Shown piece after piece: positions 9,776-18,494 of a stretch of 64,000 nucleotides of DNA. Under the pieces are notes generated by a model. It was not told where the DNA came from and searched no databases. It saw nothing but the letters and a program-made list of their open reading frames with translations. The position numbers were made by a program, and so were the translations under genes. The number at the start of each line of letters is the position of its first letter. Position 1 is the first letter of the stretch. Source of the DNA: an uncultured Ignavibacteria bacterium (GTDB lineage: Bacteria > Zixibacteria > MSB-5A5 > SM1-73); contig CAZOJT010000001.1 of NCBI GenBank assembly GCA_964580215.1, positions 126,475 to 190,474 on the forward strand. Direction: 5' to 3'.

Positions 9776-9788
9776 TTTCAAAAACCTC

Positions 9789-10706
9789 TTAGAACCAATC
9801 AAGTATCCCCATATAAAAAGATTTGCCATAGACTTTGTGAATATCGACATCTGTCAGGTTCTTCACCATCAATACGCTATTGTCTCCTTTTTGAACTCGA
9901 TATCCTTTGGATTTATATATACCCAGAAGCCTTTCATCCGGAACCAAACGGTTAATCACCCCATTTATGGCAACCTGCTCTACCTCTTCAATAAGTTTTC
10001 CGTAAGTGGAATCATCCAGCGCCACCAAATCCTGAATCTTAACCACGTTTTGGCTCTCCGACACCAAAGCGTATCCCTTTTCCTTCTGGATCGATTTTCG
10101 TTCATCAAACCTTTTACGCTGGGCAAACATGGTGACAAAATCTTTTTGTCTGACTGCAAATCCGGTCTTGTCTTTCATAGACTTTTCGTAGATCTGATAA
10201 ATCTTTTCGGGATCGAGGTTGATATGGGCATTTTTACCTTCTTGTTCTGTTTTATCCAAAACTTTGTAAACGCCCATGAATTGATTTACACCTTCGACTT
10301 CCGTATATCCTAATTTCTCGTAGAAGGCAAAAGCGATTATGGTACGAATGGTGCAGAGGAAGGAGAAGCGGTAATTCTGTGAGCGAAAATAGTCGTGAGC
10401 CGCCTCCATCAGAGTCGTGCAGATTCCCTGCCGTGCAAAATCGGGATTGGTCGCCACCGCCCAGATCCCCCCGATAATCTCCATCTCGCCTTCGACAGTT
10501 TTTGTGGGAATATCCATCACTCCCACGAAGCCTGCCAGCTGGCCATCCTTTACAGCACAGAATCCAACCGGACCATTCTTTAGCCTTGCGTCTGATCCTA
10601 TCCTCTCTTCCATATCCTCAGGTGAGATGGGCCACCAGAAGGCAAGCTCCATCAACATCATGATGTCATCCTTCGGCTCTAATTCTCTGTAAGTTACTAT
10701 CTCCAT
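9789..10706 (-). CDS. GNAT-family N-acetyltransferase with C-terminal extension
   Basis: GNAT core FCAVKDGQLAGFVGV...IWAVATNPDFARQGICTTLMEAAHDYF. The ORF extends to 10811, but the likely start is the internal Met (MEIVTYREL) preceded by AAGGAAG. Confidence 0.6.
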   Translation of the reverse strand: MEIVTYRELEPKDDIMMLMELAFWWPISPEDMEERIGSDARLKNGPVGFCAVKDGQLAGFVGVMDIPTKTVEGEMEIIGGIWAVATNPDFARQGICTTLMEAAHDYFRSQNYRFSFLCTIRTIIAFAFYEKLGYTEVEGVNQFMGVYKVLDKTEQEGKNAHINLDPEKIYQIYEKSMKDKTGFAVRQKDFVTMFAQRKRFDERKSIQKEKGYALVSESQNVVKIQDLVALDDSTYGKLIEEVEQVAINGVINRLVPDERLLGIYKSKGYRVQKGDNSVLMVKNLTDVDIHKVYGKSFYMGILDWF

Positions 10707-11031
10707 GATTAACTTCCTTTTTTGTGAAGTAGTTTCTCTTTGCTTCTTTTTAACGAAAAAGTGAGTAAAAACTAAAAGGGCTTGTTGAGAAACCCAAACT
10801 GGAGTGCCCATGTGGGCGGTTTTCCTCAGAGTTTAAGTGGTGAAGACATAAGAGCATCTGAATTTTCCGAATTTGGATTTTGGGGACAACAAATCGCGAA
10901 AGCAAGCTTTCGCACTCCAAAAACACTTTTTCAACAGTCCCTAAAATCAATTATCTTAAACTTTGCTGTGCTGAGATTTAACTCTAAACTCCCTTTTAGG
11001 TTTAAGGAGGGCAAAAAGAATTCAGCTTAAT

Positions 11032-14000
11032 CTATCCCACCAGACTGAGCAATTTTCTGTAGTCTTTGGGATTTCCATGCTTGATTTTTCTATGTAAATT
11101 TAAGGTTTCTGGATCAGGCTCAATATCCAGGTATCTTTTCAGACCTTCTTCACATACCTTGAATTGCCGAATGGCGGCGGTGCGACTTCCCAAAAGAGCG
11201 TAGGAGAGCATTATCATGCGGTGCGCCTCCTCATCCGTGGGATCGGCTAAAAGCAAAGACTGAAGGTAACGGATACAGTTTTCATAATCAGCTTTTTCCC
11301 AGGCTGATTGAGCCAGCCTCCGGAACACGGCGTTATACTTTTCCCTGTATTCCTCCCGGGCTTCCTCCGCCCAGCGTTCATAAAAATCTTCTAACAGGTT
11401 GGAGGAATAAAGCTCTGCCGCCTTCTGGTATTCTGAGTCCACCAGATGAAACTTCTCCTCCTTCTGGAAGCGAAGGGCATTGTCCAGGCAGGACAAAAAT
11501 TCACCAACATCAGACCATATCTTGCCTTCCCAGTTTAATCGATAGACCCCGGCCTGGAAAGTGAGATATTCTCCTTTTTCCTTCTCGATGGCTTTTCTGA
11601 GATGAGAAAGGGTTACGTGGAAGGTGTTGCCCAGACTTTGAGGATCAATTTCCGGCCAGATGGCATCTACCAGTTTGTCCCGGGTAACTCCAATCTTTTT
11701 TGTATCCTTCACCACCAGATAAGCTAAAATCTGCTTAGCTTTGACCGACCCCCACTCCTTTGCCAAAATCTCTTCGGTCTCATACGGTCGATATACCCTG
11801 AGCCTTCCAAAGCAGTAGATGCGTAGGTGATCCATATAGTCGCCGCTTATCCCCACCGGTGCCAAAGATTCCGGATATTCCTCAGCCTTTCTTTTTACCT
11901 TCATGTGGACGGTCTTCTGTTCGATTTCCTTTAAGATAGAACCTAATTCAGATTCCAGACGAATCTCCTTTATTCTCTCTTTTAATAAGATCAGTCTTTT
12001 TTCAAAATCAAGCCCGGTTAATATCTTTATAGCCTGGTTTAAGGTATCAATACTTCTTTGAAATAGAACCTCCTTTTTCTTGGGTTCTTCTGAGATCGCC
12101 ATCTGTGCCAGACAGAGACCGAGGCTTTCCAGTGTTTGCGCTAACTGGAAAGGAGAGCCCAGCTCCTCAAAGAGGATTTTGCTCTCCTGTAACAGTTTTT
12201 CAGCGTTCTCCCAATCCTTAAGGGAGAGGTAGCATTTCCCCAAAGTTCTTCTCGCCATTCCCATGCTTAATTTGGAAGACTGCTTGGTGGCCAAATCCTG
12301 AGCTTCTTTAACCAAAGCAATGCCCTTTTCATGGTGGTTAAGTTTGAAATGGATCTCTCCAAGATTCGTTTGAATGATAGGCAAAACATCTTTGGCTCCT
12401 ATCTTCTGGCAGATGGTAAAACTCCGGCTCATATAATCCAGCGCTTTGTCTGGTTGTCCCTGGGATAGAAAAGTTACCCCTAGGTTGTCGAGAGCCGATA
12501 CCATTCCCCGCCGGTCCCCATATTGTTCTCTGATCTTTAAACTCTTCTCAAGAAAACCGAGCGCCTTCTCCCATTCCCCTCTGTCCTTATACAATACTCC
12601 CAGATTATTATAGATGATCCCTTTCCATGAGAGATTGCCCATTTCCTGAGCCAAATTTAATCCTTTATAGTAATAATCCTCAGCTTTGTCATACTGCCCC
12701 AGATTGAGATGAATCACTCCCAGATTGATCTTTAAAGCGGACAGCCTTGACTTATCCTGAACCTTCTGCTGTATTTCCAGACACCGATTAAAATGCTCAA
12801 TGGCCTTCTCATATTTCCCCTGACTGTGAGCCACCCAACCAAGATTGTTGTAGCTCCGCTCTATCAGGGTTAGATGTTTTCTTTTCCGGGAAAGTTCGAT
12901 CCCCTTCTTTGACCAGTGGATACACTTCTGGTGTTCCCCCTTCATAACATAAGTTAGACCCAGGGAATTACAGATGGTAATGTACTCGGTGAGCTCAGGC
13001 TCAGAGGAGGTGTCCTTCAACTTCTTTAAGGCACGTTCATAATAAGAGATAGCTTCAGTGTAATCACTTATGGAATGATAAACATAACCGATCTTTCGAT
13101 ACATCTGGGCTTCCTTGAGATGGTCTAAAAGTTTTTGGTCCTCTCCCAACTTCAAAGCCTCCTGGTAAGAACGTATGGCGGAATCCGATTTACCAACTCT
13201 GACCTGAACCTCACCCAGTAACTCAAAAAGTTTGAGTAATTTCGCATATTTCTCTTTGGAGACAGGGACATTTTTCAAAAGCTCCAGCGCTTGAAGAAAG
13301 TATTGTTCTGCTTTGCCTTCCGAGTATTGTTTTTGCATCTTCTGCCCTGCCTGAATCAAATAATTTATGCTTTTTTTCAAAGAGGTTCGATCTTTTTTTC
13401 CCCGACTGAAATGATAAGCCAAATCCTCCACCTTTTGAGATAGTTTAACCTTTCCTTTGTCCTTCTCCAGAATGGTTGCTACCTTTTGATGGGTCTTCTC
13501 TCTAAATTCCGGGTTAAGAGTCTGATAGATGTGAAGGCGCACTATATGATGGGTAAAACGATAAATTCCCTTTTCTTTTTCCTTATCTGAAATCTTACCA
13601 ATCAGGTTTTTTACAATTAGATCCCCCACGATCCTTCTTAACTGGGTGGGGGAAATGGCCAAAAGTTTTTGCAAGGTTTGCAGATCGAATCTATCACCTA
13701 TTACCGTGGTAAGCGACAGCACCTTTTGGGACAACTCATCCAGCCCCTTTAGTCTCCGTTCGATCACACTCTGGAGGGTGGCAGGCTCTAAGATCCTTTC
13801 TAAGTATTCCTCTTTGATCTCCCAGCGGGATTCCACCGGATCGAAAAAGAAAGCATCCTGCTCTATGCCTGACCTTAGGGTCTCGTTTATGAATAAAGGA
13901 TTGCCTGCGGTATAATCAAGAAGCCACTTAAAGAAGTTTTCGGTCAATTTCTGATTAAAGAAGGCTTCCACCAGATTCTTCACCTCTTCTGGAGCCAGAC

Positions 14001-14676
14001 TGGAAAGCTTCAGCCGATGAACTAACCTCTGATCTTCCAGATTGCCAATCCACCCTTCGGTGAAAGAGCCCGCTTGGGCGCCCCGGCTGGTGGCGATCAC
14101 CAGGATAGGAGACTTCCTGAAATTGGTGCTCAGATATCTCAAAAGCTCCAGGGTGTCCGGCTCCAACCAGTGGAGGTCCTCAATGTCTAAGATCAGAGGA
14201 TAACGATGGGAAAGCTTTGAAAAGAAAAGCAAAAGCGTGTCGTAAAATCTCTGCTTCTCCTCCTTGGGTGAAAGGGGAGGGGTGGTGACGCGGGAAATAT
14301 CAAAGGGAATGTATTCCTCAATTTCGGGAACTATCTTTTCCAGAAGGGCTATGGTCAAATTATCTAAAAGAGGCGCCAAGTATCGGGTGTCGTAGTTGAT
14401 AGAGGAGAAGAAGTTGCGAAGCATCTCGGAGAAAAGCCGGTAAGGTGAGATCTCCTTGTGATACCCGTGTCCCCGGATCACCATAGCTCCCCGGGATGTT
14501 ATCCCATCCAGAAACTGTTCCACCAATCTGGTTTTTCCTATTCCGGTCTCCCCCTCGATCAAAACGAAACTTCCCCGGTTCTCCAGAATGGAATCAAAGA
14601 ATCCTTCCAGAACTTTCAGCTCATTTTCCCTTCCCACGAAGGGTTCGCTCTTATTTTTGGAGAACTGTATATTCAC
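11032..14676 (-). CDS. Large STAND-like regulator: N-terminal AAA/P-loop ATPase, central TPR array, C-terminal OmpR-type wHTH + BTAD (SARP-like) domain
   Basis: Walker A GETGIGKTRL and Walker B LILDIEDLHW. Multiple TPR_12-like repeats (YNNLG.., LGQYDKAEDYY..). The C-terminus has LRIYCFGRLRV...KAKQILAYLV...LRKAIE (wHTH) and EEAHRMIMLSYALLGSRTAAIRQFKVCEEGLKRYLDIEP (BTAD). Confidence 0.8.
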   Translation of the reverse strand: MNIQFSKNKSEPFVGRENELKVLEGFFDSILENRGSFVLIEGETGIGKTRLVEQFLDGITSRGAMVIRGHGYHKEISPYRLFSEMLRNFFSSINYDTRYLAPLLDNLTIALLEKIVPEIEEYIPFDISRVTTPPLSPKEEKQRFYDTLLLFFSKLSHRYPLILDIEDLHWLEPDTLELLRYLSTNFRKSPILVIATSRGAQAGSFTEGWIGNLEDQRLVHRLKLSSLAPEEVKNLVEAFFNQKLTENFFKWLLDYTAGNPLFINETLRSGIEQDAFFFDPVESRWEIKEEYLERILEPATLQSVIERRLKGLDELSQKVLSLTTVIGDRFDLQTLQKLLAISPTQLRRIVGDLIVKNLIGKISDKEKEKGIYRFTHHIVRLHIYQTLNPEFREKTHQKVATILEKDKGKVKLSQKVEDLAYHFSRGKKDRTSLKKSINYLIQAGQKMQKQYSEGKAEQYFLQALELLKNVPVSKEKYAKLLKLFELLGEVQVRVGKSDSAIRSYQEALKLGEDQKLLDHLKEAQMYRKIGYVYHSISDYTEAISYYERALKKLKDTSSEPELTEYITICNSLGLTYVMKGEHQKCIHWSKKGIELSRKRKHLTLIERSYNNLGWVAHSQGKYEKAIEHFNRCLEIQQKVQDKSRLSALKINLGVIHLNLGQYDKAEDYYYKGLNLAQEMGNLSWKGIIYNNLGVLYKDRGEWEKALGFLEKSLKIREQYGDRRGMVSALDNLGVTFLSQGQPDKALDYMSRSFTICQKIGAKDVLPIIQTNLGEIHFKLNHHEKGIALVKEAQDLATKQSSKLSMGMARRTLGKCYLSLKDWENAEKLLQESKILFEELGSPFQLAQTLESLGLCLAQMAISEEPKKKEVLFQRSIDTLNQAIKILTGLDFEKRLILLKERIKEIRLESELGSILKEIEQKTVHMKVKRKAEEYPESLAPVGISGDYMDHLRIYCFGRLRVYRPYETEEILAKEWGSVKAKQILAYLVVKDTKKIGVTRDKLVDAIWPEIDPQSLGNTFHVTLSHLRKAIEKEKGEYLTFQAGVYRLNWEGKIWSDVGEFLSCLDNALRFQKEEKFHLVDSEYQKAAELYSSNLLEDFYERWAEEAREEYREKYNAVFRRLAQSAWEKADYENCIRYLQSLLLADPTDEEAHRMIMLSYALLGSRTAAIRQFKVCEEGLKRYLDIEPDPETLNLHRKIKHGNPKDYRKLLSLVG

Positions 14677-14876
14677 AACTCACCTTTTTTTCTTGTGACG
14701 TTGTTCCTTATTCTGACCCTGTGCTACTTATAAGTAAAAATATATTGGAAAAAAATCAACAAAAATTTTTGCTTGCGATGCCAATTATGAATTATTCATT
14801 ATTTTAAAAAATTGGACATGTTACATGAGTTTGAAGTAGTAGGGACAGTCCTTGTGTCTGTCCTCATTAAAGAGCT

Positions 14877-15030
14877 TGTCGAAAAACCACAAAAAGGTCA
14901 TTTGTGTCATTCTGAACGAAGTGAAGAATCTAATAAATTCAACATGTTACAAATACGTATACACTCATACGAGTTTGAGATTCTTCCCCCGCCAAAGGCG
15001 GGGTCAGAATGACATTTCTCGACAGGCTCT
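14877..15030. mobile_element. MITE-like element A, copy 1 (TIR tgtcattctga / tcagaatgaca)
   Basis: About 150 bp with an internal palindrome (cgtatacactcatacg), hairpin cccccgccaaaggcgggg and terminal inverted repeats. Copy 2 at 18217-18390 is near-identical. Confidence 0.55.
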
Positions 15031-15326
15031 AAGGTTAGGACAGGAATTCATCCCCAAGGACGAACTCTGTCCCTATCCTATGGATCCTGCGGACATAAAA
15101 CTTTTCCACAAAATGACTCCACACTCCAGTGTTTCCTCTGATGTTTCCATAGTTTGGGCGAAGCAGAGTGTCTATCACAAGCCGATGAAAGAAAGTAATA
15201 CAACCAAATCAAGATTTAAAGATCACTATTAGATCATTTTGCTTGACTTTTGGTATGTTTTTGGTTTCTTAATCTCAACTGAAAATTTAAAACTCAATAA
15301 CCTTTATCTTTTAGAGTGTTATACAT

Positions 15327-15746
15327 ATGAGTGTGGTAACCAAATCTTTTTCCGTTAAGACCAAGGGGGATACTGATATCATAGACATCACCGCGCAGGT
15401 GGGTAATGCATTAAAAGAGACGCAGCTTTTGAATGGGATCTTAACGGTATTTGTGCCAGGTTCCACTGCAGGCATAACCACCACAGAATATGAGCCGGGA
15501 TTGCTCAAGGATCTGCCAGCTCTGTTTGAAAAGCTGATCCCCAAGGGAGACGATTATCATCATAATCTCACCTGGGGAGATGGAAATGGTTACGCTCACG
15601 TGAGAGCGGCTTTGGTTAAATCCTTTTTCACCGTTCCTTTTGTGAATGGAGATTTGATCTTAGGCACCTGGCAACAGATCATTTTGATAGATTTCGATAA
15701 TCGCCGAAGACAAAGACAGATCGTGGTGCAGATGATCGGAGAATAG
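15327..15746 (+). CDS. yjbQ: YjbQ/UPF0047 family secondary thiamine-phosphate synthase-like protein
   Basis: 139 aa. The segment GILTVFVPGSTAGITTTEYEPGLLKDL...HNLTWGDGNGYAHVRAALV is typical of YjbQ. Confidence 0.75.
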   Translation: MSVVTKSFSVKTKGDTDIIDITAQVGNALKETQLLNGILTVFVPGSTAGITTTEYEPGLLKDLPALFEKLIPKGDDYHHNLTWGDGNGYAHVRAALVKSFFTVPFVNGDLILGTWQQIILIDFDNRRRQRQIVVQMIGE

Positions 15747-15833
15747 TCTTCGTCTATCAAAATAGACTTCGAGCAAAAGCTTTCCCCTTAAGTCAGACTG
15801 AAAATTTCCCTCAAAAAGGAGATCGAAAAAGAG

Positions 15834-16856
15834 ATGTCGTCATCCAATAAACTCAAATTTAAAACTCTGGAGTGGACGGACGATCACTTGAGAATTTTGG
15901 ATCAGACCAGACTGCCTGAGGAGACAATATATCTGGACTATGACACTGTGGATGAGGTCGCCTCGGCAATAAGGGACTTGAAAGTTAGAGGGGCGCCAGC
16001 TATCGGTATTGCCGCCGCCTTCGGGGTGGTGGTTGGTATGCGCAAACAAAATTTTCAAGGTTGGGAAGAATATGAGGAGAGATTGAACCACGTTGTTTCC
16101 ATCTTGGCTGGCACTCGTCCTACCGCGGTCAATCTCTTCTGGGCTTTGGAAAGAATGAGAATGATGGCAGAAAAAAATAAGAAAGAGAATCTCGAAAAGA
16201 TAAGTCAGCTTCTCCTTAACGAAGCTATCTCGATTCACCAGGAAGACCAATTGATGTGTGAGAAAATTGGAGAGTTCGGGGCAGGTTTGTTAAAAGATGA
16301 TGACACCGTTTTGACCCATTGTAATGCTGGAGCATTAGCCACCGGAGGAATCGGAACCGCTCTGGGAATCATCTACACCGCATCCTGGCAAGGGAAGAAA
16401 ATCTCAGTCTTTGCTGATGAAACCCGACCAGTGCTTCAGGGGGCAAGACTAACTGTATGGGAGCTTCAACAGCAGGGGATAGATGTCACCCTCATCTGCG
16501 ACAACACCGCCGCTTTTGTGATGAAAAACAAAAAGATAGATTGCGTAATAGTGGGTGCCGATAGAGTAGCTTCCAATGGAGACGTGGCAAACAAGATCGG
16601 AACCTATAACTTGGCGGTTTTGGCTAACTTTCACAAAATTCCCTTTTACGTAGCCGCTCCCAGCTCCAGCTTTGATCCAGCCATCTCGGATGGTGAGAAG
16701 ATAAAAATAGAGGAAAGATCAGCTGACGAGGTGACTAATTGGTTTGGAAGAAGAACCGCCCCTTTAGGAGCCAAAGTTTACTCCCCGGCTTTTGACGTTA
16801 CTCCGGCAGAACTGGTAATTGCTTACATAACAGAAAAAGGGATTGAAAGGCGTTGA
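15834..16856 (+). CDS. mtnA: S-methyl-5-thioribose-1-phosphate isomerase (eIF-2B alpha/beta/delta family)
   Basis: LEWTDDHLRILDQTRLPEE...VRGAPAIGIAAAFG and the GADRVASNGDVANKIGTY motif of the family. A ribose-1,5-bisphosphate isomerase is not excluded. Confidence 0.7.
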   Translation: MSSSNKLKFKTLEWTDDHLRILDQTRLPEETIYLDYDTVDEVASAIRDLKVRGAPAIGIAAAFGVVVGMRKQNFQGWEEYEERLNHVVSILAGTRPTAVNLFWALERMRMMAEKNKKENLEKISQLLLNEAISIHQEDQLMCEKIGEFGAGLLKDDDTVLTHCNAGALATGGIGTALGIIYTASWQGKKISVFADETRPVLQGARLTVWELQQQGIDVTLICDNTAAFVMKNKKIDCVIVGADRVASNGDVANKIGTYNLAVLANFHKIPFYVAAPSSSFDPAISDGEKIKIEERSADEVTNWFGRRTAPLGAKVYSPAFDVTPAELVIAYITEKGIERR

Positions 16857-16959
16857 AAGTTTAAAGTTCAAGGTTTAAGGTTTAAAATTTAACATTAAAC
16901 AACCCCTTGAAGCCTTTGCCAAAGAGTAACTTGCGGTTGCGTTAGAGAACAGAGCACAC

Positions 16960-17040
16960 TTATCCTTTATCTCACCCCTTGTGTTCCCCTTTCCATAAAA
17001 TGGAGAGGTGGATTGGGGGTGAGGTTTCAGTTAATTCAAG
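16960..17040. repeat. Repeat family D copy (..ccctttccataaaatggagaggtgg..)
   Basis: Shares the catgaaatggagagggg core with 20085-20110 and 56695-56715. Related ccttcagggtgaa hairpins occur at 56660-56690, 61650-61700 and 62140-62160. Confidence 0.45.
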
Positions 17041-17301
17041 AATCATAATCTCTAACGGAAAAAGATTAATTCCTCTTGTTTGTCATGGAAGCCTTCGTCT
17101 GTGACGTTTTATGGTAAAGGGTTTATGGTGAAGGGACAAAGAGTACGCCAGCACCGAAATAAATCGTGGGATAATAAGGTATGATAGGACTACCCAATAA
17201 TCTGACTCCCCAAGTCGTATTTCGTATGAAAAGATAGCTGAGTTATTCGTATCAATTTTGATTGAGAACAGGCTCAGAAACATTCACCAGAAGGGGAGAC
17301 C

Positions 17302-18204
17302 TTGAGCAAATCGAGAGTGGTAGTTGTTAAAGGTTCGGGTGTGATCAGTTCTTCCGGGAAGGTGGATAAGGAACTTCTGTCCCGGATGGTAAAGCGGGGA
17401 ATTTGCCAACTTACATCTGAGTCTAAGTCTGAGGATGCGCTAAGACATTTTTTTTCACCCAAAGATCAGGTGGGATTAAAGGTAAACTGTCTGGCAGGGC
17501 GCATGGCTTCCACTCATCCGGAATTGGCTTTAGTCGTTGCCAGCTTGTTAAAAAAGATCGATATCAAAGGAAAAAACACTATCATCTGGGATAGATCGTC
17601 CGATGAACTCAAAGAGGTGGGATTTCCTTTGACTGTCAATGGTGGTGATTTTCTTTGTTTCGGCACGGATGCTCAAGGTGTGGGCTATTCCCAGGAATTG
17701 ATCGATTATAAAAGCATCGGTAGTTTGCTGAGCCGGGTGATGGAGAAGTTCACCAATGCTCAGGTGAACCTTCCAGTTTTAAAGGACCACGGTCTTTCTG
17801 GCATCACTTGCTCTCTGAAAAATTTTTTCGGCGCCATTCACAATCCGAACAAATACCACGATGATGATTGTAATCCATTCATCGCTGATCTGAATGCGGT
17901 TCCTCTGATAAGAAAGCAACAGAAGTTGGTGGTCTGTGACGCCTTGCGGATTCAATATAATGGAGGACCATCATACCATCCCCAGTGGGCGGAAAATTTT
18001 GGGGGAATAATCGTGGGAGATGATCCAGTGGCGGTTGATTTCGTAGGATATCAAATCATAGATAGAATCAGACGAAAAAAAGGTCTCCCCAGCTTGGAGA
18101 AGGCGGGCAGAAAGCCAAAACATATCTTCACTGCGGCAGATTCCGAGCATAAATTGGGAAAGGCAAGCTCAGACCAGATAGATCTGGTGGAGACGGTGAT
18201 CTAA
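17302..18204 (+). CDS. DUF362-domain protein
   Basis: 300 aa. The segment LKDHGLSGITCSLKNFFGAIHNPNKYHDDDC resembles DUF362. I cannot verify this without a search. Confidence 0.45.
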   Translation: MSKSRVVVVKGSGVISSSGKVDKELLSRMVKRGICQLTSESKSEDALRHFFSPKDQVGLKVNCLAGRMASTHPELALVVASLLKKIDIKGKNTIIWDRSSDELKEVGFPLTVNGGDFLCFGTDAQGVGYSQELIDYKSIGSLLSRVMEKFTNAQVNLPVLKDHGLSGITCSLKNFFGAIHNPNKYHDDDCNPFIADLNAVPLIRKQQKLVVCDALRIQYNGGPSYHPQWAENFGGIIVGDDPVAVDFVGYQIIDRIRRKKGLPSLEKAGRKPKHIFTAADSEHKLGKASSDQIDLVETVI

Positions 18205-18216
18205 GATCCAAGCGTG

Positions 18217-18390
18217 TCGAAAAACTACAAAAAGGTCCTTTATGTCATTCTGTCCGAATTTGGATCCATAGGAAACGAAGTGAAGAATCTAATAAATTCA
18301 ATATGTTTCAAATGCGTATGCACTCATACGAGTTTGAGATTCTTCCCCCGCCAAAGGCGGGGTCAGAATGACATATCATGACAGGCTCAT
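18217..18390. mobile_element. MITE-like element A, copy 2 (with a 20-bp internal insertion gtccgaatttggatccatagg)
   Basis: Alignable by eye to 14877-15030 over about 150 bp, with the same TIRs and the same hairpin cccccgccaaaggcgggg. Confidence 0.55.
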
Positions 18391-18494
18391 CCGTTGCATC
18401 GGGGTACCTTATCCCGATGCGAATTAAGGTCATGGGTAAGGGTACCCCTGACCAACGGGTAATGTGGGCGTCAAGAATGTAGAGGAACGAGACC

